A program made the translations under genes and the position numbers. Shown here piece by piece: positions 57,922-64,000 of a stretch of DNA of 64,000 bases. The notes beneath the pieces were generated by a model, which did no database searches, was not told the DNA's origin, and was given only the letters and a program-made list of their open reading frames with translations. The DNA comes from Longimicrobiales bacterium (lineage in GTDB: Bacteria > Gemmatimonadota > Gemmatimonadetes > Longimicrobiales > Gaopeijiaceae). The stretch's first letter is position 1. Each line of letters opens with the position of its first letter. The DNA is taken from the NCBI GenBank assembly GCA_965198065.1, contig CBDAON010000004.1, positions 2,304,001-2,368,000 of the forward strand, written 5' to 3'.

Positions 57922-59354
57922 GAGTGAGTCCCATCTTTAGTTGAAATTGAAGCGGCCTCCAACCTCAGGTAACGTGGGTGTGCGACCACACCACGGGATC
58001 ACAAGAGAGGAAGGAGGGCCACCGATGGGAAGGATGCCAAGGCTCGTCGAGCGGGGCAAGAAGGACCGGCGGCTCGGGGAACCGAGGGAGGTGAGTTGGG
58101 AGGAGATCGAGGCGCTGGAGCTGGACCCTCGGGTGGAGCTGATCCGGCAGCTGATTCCGCTGGGACTGGCGGAGGTGGGCCGGATGCTCGAGGAGGAAGT
58201 GGAGCAACTGGCGGGGCAACGTCACGCCAGGAAGACCGAGGACGATCGACATTGCCGGCATGGGCATAACCCAGGGTCGGTGCGGTTGGGCGGCCAGCGG
58301 CATCCGGTGCGAGTACCGCGGGTGCGAGGCCCGGCCGGAGAGTCGAGGCTGGCGGCGTATGAGCAGCTGCATGGCTCGCCCGGCGAGATGGACGAGGGGC
58401 TGTTTCGGAAGGTGCTGCTCGGGATCTCGTGCCGGGACTACGAGGCAGCGGTCGAGGCGGTGCCTGGAGCCATCGGGCTGTCGAAGTCGACGGTCTCGCG
58501 GGAGTTCAAGAAGGCCACGGCCGCGAAGCTGAAGGAGTTTCAGGAGCGGGACCTCTCGGGTTACGACGTGGGGTGGCACTCGTCCTGGACGGCAAGAGCT
58601 TTGCCGAGGACGAGATGGTCGTCGCGCTCGGGGTGACGACCAAGGGGGACAAGGTCTTCCTCGGGTTCGTCCAGACCGACACGGAGAACGCCGTGGTGAT
58701 CCGATCCTTCCTTCGGAGTCTGAAGGACCGAGGTCTCGACCTGTCGGCCGGAGCGCTCGTGGTGATCGATGGAGCCCGCGGTCTCCGGAGCGGCGTCCTG
58801 GCGGTCTTCAAGGGACAGGTGCTCATCCAGCGGTGCCAGTGGCACAAGCGGGAGAACGTGATCTCGTATCTGCCGAGAGCGGAGCAGAAGGGCTGGCGCC
58901 AGCGTCTGCAGCGCGCCTACCAGCGGCCCACGTACGAAGAGGCCGTCAAGGACCTCAAGGCCCTGCGCCAGGAGCTCGCGGGGGTGAACCAGTCCGCGGC
59001 GGCCAGTCTCGATGAGGGGTTCGAGGAGACCCTCACCCTCCACCGGTTGGGAGTCTTCCCCCTGGTCGGCCAGTCGCTCAAGACCACCAACGTGCTCGAG
59101 TCCGTGAACGCCCTGGCCGAGCAGAGGTGCGGACGCGTGGACCACTGGAAGAACTCGAGCCAGAAGCACCGATGGCTCGCGACCACGCTCCTGGAGATCT
59201 AGTCACGGCTCCGGAGGTTGCTCGGGTACCGACACCTCCCGCTCCTCAGGGCCGCGATCCAGAAGGACCTCGGATCACCCTTCCCGAGAGCCGTTCACAT
59301 GCTGTCGCCTGAGACGGAGGCCGCTCCAGTTTCAACTAACTTTGGGATTGACTC
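57922..59354 (+). mobile_element. IS256-family element with disrupted transposase (about 58025-59312)
   Basis: 39-bp TIRs GAGTGAGTCCCATCTTTAGTTGAAATTGAAGCGGCCTCC and GAGTCAATCCCAAAGTTAGTTGAAACTGGAGCGGCCTCC; IDG..GL, QRCQWHK, TTNVLES motifs; frameshift near 58571 and TAG at 59200. Confidence 0.92.
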
Positions 59355-59554
59355 TTTCCGGGTCCCCGGACCGAGCGGACCATAAGCCCCTGGCGAACGG
59401 AGTCCGTCAGGATCGTGCTCTCATCCACCGGCGGAGCCGCGGGCTCGAGCTGAGAGAGGCCGTACGTAGCCGCCGCCAGGCCAACGACTCCGCCTCCGAT
59501 CCAGAGGGATCTCCAGAGCTTCTTGTGCGGGGATGGTGCGCGCGGGATGTCCAA
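59355..59554 (-). pseudogene. 5' fragment of HlyD/RND periplasmic adaptor cut by IS256
   Basis: (M)DIPR..one TM..LEPAAPPVD..DSVRQG.MVRSVRGPG, stopping at the IS right TIR. Confidence 0.75.
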
Positions 59555-59846
59555 AGGTTTCTCCGTGTACGGGTCGAGGTGGGTCCCCCGTTGGCGAGGG
59601 AAGGTCCGTGCCGCAGCGGACCCACGGCATAAGGTGTTGATTAGTATATACATATATGCAATGCTAACGGTCTCGCCAAGGGCCCCGGAATGTTCGGTTC
59701 CGGGATCGACCTGTCCGGTACCGGACGGTCCGGTCCGCCGGGATCCGAGCCCCGCCCCCAGTCTCTTTGACTCCATGGGATGCGTGGCCTACCATCGGTG
59801 ATGCCCACACGAGCCGCTGGACCGACACCATTCCGAGGAGAGGAAG

Positions 59847-61889
59847 ATGCTCACCGACGTTTGCCGTTCTCTCGCTCGCGCTCGTTTCCGGGGGGCGGGC
59901 CTGACCCCAATGTTCGTCCTGCTCGCGGCGCTAACCCTGCCGGCCGCAGCGCAGCAGCCCGGTAACCCGTACGGGGAGTGGCGCTACTGGGGTGGCGATC
60001 TGTCCAGCACCCGGTTCTCCCCGGTGGACCAGATCAACGCCTCCAACTTCCAGAACCTCGAGGTTGCGTGGGTCTGGCGGGGTGACAATTACGGCCCCGG
60101 CCCCGACTTCGTGATGCGGTCCACCCCGACTTACGCAGACGGGATCCTCTACACGGTCGCGGGTGTGCGCAGGACGGTCATTGCCCTCGATCCCGCGACC
60201 GGCGAGACCCTGTGGACCTTCCGGGAGCCGAACACCGTGCGGTGGGAGGAGTCCCCGCGTCGAAACTACGGCCGCGGCGTGGCCTATGCGGAGGTGGATG
60301 GGCGGGGCGTGATCTACGTCGTCACGCCCGCGTTCTTCCTCCATGCGCTCGACGCCAAGACCGGCCGTCCCCTGGAGGGGTTTGGTGGCCAGATCCCCGT
60401 CGAGGGATTCCCCGAGACGGGCACCGTGGACATGCTTGCCACCCTAGGGCATCCCTACGACGTGAACACCGGGATCGACCCCACGGTCGGGGCCATCACG
60501 ACCTCGTCGCCGCCCATCGTGGTGAACGGGGTGATCATCGTGGGGAACTCGGCCCACCAGGGGGGCGGATACACGAGGCAGGAGAACGTTCCCGGTGACG
60601 TCCAGGCCTTCGACGCCAGGACCGGTCGGCACCTCTGGACGTTCCACACGATCCCCAGGGAGGGCGAGTTCGGGAACGACACGTGGGAGAACGACGCCTG
60701 GCGGTGGAGCGGAAACGTGAACGTCTGGGCGCCCCTCTCGGCAGACCCGGAGCTCGGGCTCGTCTACCTCCCGACCGACGCCCCGACGAACGACTACTTC
60801 GGCGGCTTCCGGCCGGGCGCGAACCTCTTCGGGAACAGTCTCGTCGCGGTAGACATCCAGACCGGCGAGCGGCGGTGGCATTTCCAGATGATCCACCACG
60901 ACATCTGGGACTGGGACCTCCCAGTTCCGGGGATCCTGGTGGACCTGACCGTGGACGGACAGGAGATTCCGGCCATCGTCCAGGTGTCCAAGCAGGCGTT
61001 CGTCTACGCGTTCAACCGCGAGACGGGCGAGCCGATCTGGCCGATCGTCGAGCGGCCCGTGCCCCAGGGGAGCGTGCCGACCGAGTGGTACTCACCGACC
61101 CAGCCGTTCCCCACCCGGCCGGCTCCGTACGAGCTCCAGGGCCTCACGGTGGACGACCTGATCGACTTCACGCCCGAGCTCCGGGCGATGGCCATCGAGC
61201 AGATCGGCAACATCAAGATGGGCCCGATCTACACGCCGTTCGTCCATCAGGGGAACGCGGAGGGGGTCCGGGCCACGGCCCAGTGCCCCAGCTCCACGGG
61301 GGGCACGAACATCCCCGGGGGACCGGTCATGGATCCCGAGACGGGGATTCTGTACGTCCAGTCCAGGAAGGCGTGCGGGGCCGGCGCGCTCAGTCCGGCT
61401 TCGAGTCGGGACGATGGGAGCCCGGGTGCGAACAGGGGCGTGACCGTGGTGGAGTTTTCGTCCGGACGTGGAGGCGGGTTCGGATCTCTCGACGGATTGT
61501 CGATCCTGAAGCCCCCTTACGGTCGGATCACCGCGATCGACATGAACACCGGGGAGCACCTCTGGTGGATCCCGAACGGCGACACGCCGGACGAGGTCGC
61601 GAACCATCCGCTCCTCGAGGGCATCGAGATCCCCAACACGGGATATCAGGGGAACGCGACCGTCCTCGTGACGCGTAGCCTCCTGATGTTCGCGGAAGGC
61701 CGGGGGGGACGCACCCTCTGGTACGCGGCGGACAAGCAGACGGGTGAGCGGATCGGGGCCGTGGAGATTCCAGCGCCGGTCAGCACCGCGCCGATGACGT
61801 ACCTGCACGACGGAGTGCAGTACGTCGTGGTCTCGATTGCGGGGAACGGGATTCCGGGCTCGGTCGCGGCCCTGCGGCTACCCGATTAG
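59847..61889 (+). CDS. PQQ-binding beta-propeller protein (quinoprotein glucose dehydrogenase-like), secreted
   Basis: TRFSPVDQINASN, WHFQMIHHDIWDWD, SPTQPFP, KPPYGRITAIDMNTG, APMTY. Confidence 0.88.
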   Translation: MLTDVCRSLARARFRGAGLTPMFVLLAALTLPAAAQQPGNPYGEWRYWGGDLSSTRFSPVDQINASNFQNLEVAWVWRGDNYGPGPDFVMRSTPTYADGILYTVAGVRRTVIALDPATGETLWTFREPNTVRWEESPRRNYGRGVAYAEVDGRGVIYVVTPAFFLHALDAKTGRPLEGFGGQIPVEGFPETGTVDMLATLGHPYDVNTGIDPTVGAITTSSPPIVVNGVIIVGNSAHQGGGYTRQENVPGDVQAFDARTGRHLWTFHTIPREGEFGNDTWENDAWRWSGNVNVWAPLSADPELGLVYLPTDAPTNDYFGGFRPGANLFGNSLVAVDIQTGERRWHFQMIHHDIWDWDLPVPGILVDLTVDGQEIPAIVQVSKQAFVYAFNRETGEPIWPIVERPVPQGSVPTEWYSPTQPFPTRPAPYELQGLTVDDLIDFTPELRAMAIEQIGNIKMGPIYTPFVHQGNAEGVRATAQCPSSTGGTNIPGGPVMDPETGILYVQSRKACGAGALSPASSRDDGSPGANRGVTVVEFSSGRGGGFGSLDGLSILKPPYGRITAIDMNTGEHLWWIPNGDTPDEVANHPLLEGIEIPNTGYQGNATVLVTRSLLMFAEGRGGRTLWYAADKQTGERIGAVEIPAPVSTAPMTYLHDGVQYVVVSIAGNGIPGSVAALRLPD

Positions 61890-61967
61890 GCGAGGGAAGC
61901 GGATCAGGCGCGACGGAGCTCGCCCTCGATCGAGCGACGTGGGGGTCCGCCGGCGGACAGGAACTCC

Positions 61968-62019
61968 AAACAGACCTCGGCCGGCCCGCGAGGCTCCGCG
62001 AGCCGGCCGAGGTCTGTTT
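61968..62019. terminator. Bidirectional terminator-like hairpin between convergent genes
   Basis: AAACAGACCTCGGCCGGC...GCCGGCCGAGGTCTGTTT, 18-bp perfect arms. Confidence 0.8.
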
Positions 62020-62044
62020 CGTTCCCTAGGGTTCAGCCGCCGAT

Positions 62045-63184
62045 TCAACGCTGCGGCATGGACCTGATGAACGCGCCCCCTCCGGAGACGACCGCCCCGT
62101 AGACGTTACCGGCCGCGTCCACGGCCACGCCTTCGGGGTTCGAGTCGTTCGGATAGGCTTCGACCCTGCCGGCGATCCGGTACTGCACGATACCGTCCCT
62201 CAGGCTCCCAACGCGGATTCCGTTGGCCCACCCGGGGTTGTTCCCGCCCTCGAAGTCCGACTCCGAGTCCGCCACGTAGAGCATGTCGTTGTCGTCCACG
62301 TAGATGCCGCTGGGGCGACCGAACTGGCGAAGCTCCGCGATGTACGTCCCGTCCCGCTGGAGGATCTGGATTCGGTTGTTCCCGCGGTCCCCGACGATCA
62401 GGCGTCCCTGCGAGTCGATGTCGATGGCGTGGGGCGTACGGAACTCACCGGGCGCGGCACCCAGCCGACCGATGGTGCGGAGGTACCGGCCGTTTGGGTC
62501 GAAGACCGCGATTCGGGCGACGGTCGACGCCGGCGTCCCGAAGTTCTGACCGCCGTGACCGTCGGCGACGTATATGATCCCGTCCTCGTCCGTCACCACG
62601 TCGTTCGGCGTGTTCAGCCGTCCGCCCGTTCCGTTTCCGGCGACACCGGGCGTCCCCACCGTGAGCAGCAGCTGCCCCTCGGGGCTGAACTTGTAGACCG
62701 CGTGCCCCTTCCCGTCCCTATCGGGGTTGGGGTTGGCCGCGTCCGGCCCCTGCGCGTCGGTTACCCAGACGTTCCCGTCGTCATCGACGTAGAGGCCATG
62801 GGGAAAGAGGGTATACCCGCCACCCAACATCGCGACGACGTCCCCCTCGGCATTGATCTTGAGAATGGGGTCGAGATCCGTTCCCGCGCAGGAGTTGGCG
62901 CCGCACCGGTCGATCGCCCAGATGTGGATCCCGTCGGGGTCCACGTGCGCGCCCGCGGTGGATCCCCAGGTGCGACCGTCAGGCAGCTGAACCCAGTTGT
63001 CAGCGCTCGCGTAGGGGTTGGGCAGGTCGTTCATGGGCGGAATGTTGGGCATCCGCTCCATAACCTGGGGGGCGTCCCCCGGCATGTACGCCGGTGCCAC
63101 CTGAGCCGTCGCCGCCCCAGGCAGCGACGCGAGCGCGACCAGCGCCGCCGTGAGAGTCGTGATCCTTCTTGTCAGTGGAGCCAT
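62045..63184 (-). CDS. Secreted NHL-repeat beta-propeller (PAL-like) protein
   Basis: Signal peptide, PHGLYVD..GNVWVTD, PNDV..G.IYVADG, FRTPHAI, DRGNNRIQ. Confidence 0.85.
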   Translation of the reverse strand: MAPLTRRITTLTAALVALASLPGAATAQVAPAYMPGDAPQVMERMPNIPPMNDLPNPYASADNWVQLPDGRTWGSTAGAHVDPDGIHIWAIDRCGANSCAGTDLDPILKINAEGDVVAMLGGGYTLFPHGLYVDDDGNVWVTDAQGPDAANPNPDRDGKGHAVYKFSPEGQLLLTVGTPGVAGNGTGGRLNTPNDVVTDEDGIIYVADGHGGQNFGTPASTVARIAVFDPNGRYLRTIGRLGAAPGEFRTPHAIDIDSQGRLIVGDRGNNRIQILQRDGTYIAELRQFGRPSGIYVDDNDMLYVADSESDFEGGNNPGWANGIRVGSLRDGIVQYRIAGRVEAYPNDSNPEGVAVDAAGNVYGAVVSGGGAFIRSMPQR

Positions 63185-63339
63185 AGCACACCTCCATTTC
63201 GTCACTTTCGATAACGCGACCCAAACTTGGACATCATACTACCGGGGAGCGCCCCGGGCCATCACGGGGCGCGGAGGGCCGAGATGTGCTCGGCTGGCAG
63301 CGGAGGGCAGAGGACCGAAGCCCCGGGTAGATCTGACTG

Positions 63340-64000
63340 TCACCGGGAGACCCACGGGGGGTCGATGATCAGGGCGGGGTCCGCGTCCGACCTGGGGACG
63401 AACTTCTGCGTGCGACCGTACTGGTTGTCTCCGCCGTACAGGTTTCCGTCCGAGTCGACCGAAATCGTGTGCACCTCCCGGAATCCGTCGGGCAGCTCGC
63501 TCGGCACGAGCCAGGTGTAGAGGTGCCTCCCCTCGAAGTCCAGCTTCACGAACCGGAGGGGTCCCAGGGTCGTGATCCAGAGGCTTTCCTCGTTTACGAT
63601 GATGTCCAGCGTCAGGCCGAACCCCGCCCATGTATCGACGTGCTCGACCCTCGCCGGATCGTCGGTGGTTCGGAAGACGTTGACCCGGCCCCCAGAGCGA
63701 TCCAGCGCGAAAATGAGCCCGTCGGGCCCGATCCCGATGGCGTGAATGCCGTTGAACTGGCCAGGTGCCTCACCGCGCCCCCCGAACTCTCCGAGATAAC
63801 GGCCGTCGGGGTCCAGAATCACGACCCGATGGTTGTCCAAGCCGTCCGCCACGAGGATCCTACCGTCGGGCAGGAAGGCCACGTCCTGGGGGCGGCCGAA
63901 ATGGGTTCCGTCGTCTCCTCGGACGTTCTTCTCTCCCAGGGTCATCAGGAGCTCACGCCCGTCGTTCGAGAAGACGTAGATCTGATGGAAGGTCTCGTTC
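63340..64000 (-). CDS. NHL-repeat protein, 3' part (start beyond the window)
   Basis: FGRPQDVAF..ILVADG.DNHRV, GQFNGIHAI, VHTISVDSDGNLY. Confidence 0.8.
   Translation of the reverse strand, partial: NETFHQIYVFSNDGRELLMTLGEKNVRGDDGTHFGRPQDVAFLPDGRILVADGLDNHRVVILDPDGRYLGEFGGRGEAPGQFNGIHAIGIGPDGLIFALDRSGGRVNVFRTTDDPARVEHVDTWAGFGLTLDIIVNEESLWITTLGPLRFVKLDFEGRHLYTWLVPSELPDGFREVHTISVDSDGNLYGGDNQYGRTQKFVPRSDADPALIIDPPWVSR

Overview
High-GC bacterial chromosome segment. Gene content and order suggest Gemmatimonadota (inference). Bases 1-28.5 kb are a core + strand gene run: a GGDEF gene end, prfB with its programmed +1 frameshift, lysS, lolCE/lolD, mcsA-mcsB-clpC without ctsR, bamA-skp-lpxD-lpxC/fabZ-lpxA-oxidoreductase-lpxB-DUF374-lpxK, rlmH, bshC, murJ, uvrC, a TPR lipoprotein and tRNA-Gly(CCC). 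An accessory island follows (about 28.5-40.9 kb) with a Cys/His-rich lipoprotein, a decayed IS256, a decayed IS3 with a duplicated terminus, and a tandem susC-susD / susC-(remnant susD) pair. The two susC genes are nearly identical for about 2.5 kb from the RBS, then differ in blocks confined to probable surface loops. Core genes resume at 40.9-49.8 kb (M23 peptidase, DUF512, der, plsY, gpsA, MerR, surE, pcm, yqaA). A second patchwork region holds a membrane protein-wHTH-uppS operon with paired operator-like palindromes, pcp, a cimA gene behind a clear T-box antiterminator/terminator (unexpected for this lineage), an ECF-sigma/FecR/TonB-receptor cassette cut by IS256, a PQQ dehydrogenase-like gene and two NHL-repeat genes. 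The best candidates for something new are the susC/susD constant-5'/variable-3' cassette pair and the T-box-cimA module. Several single-base frameshifts may be sequencing errors.
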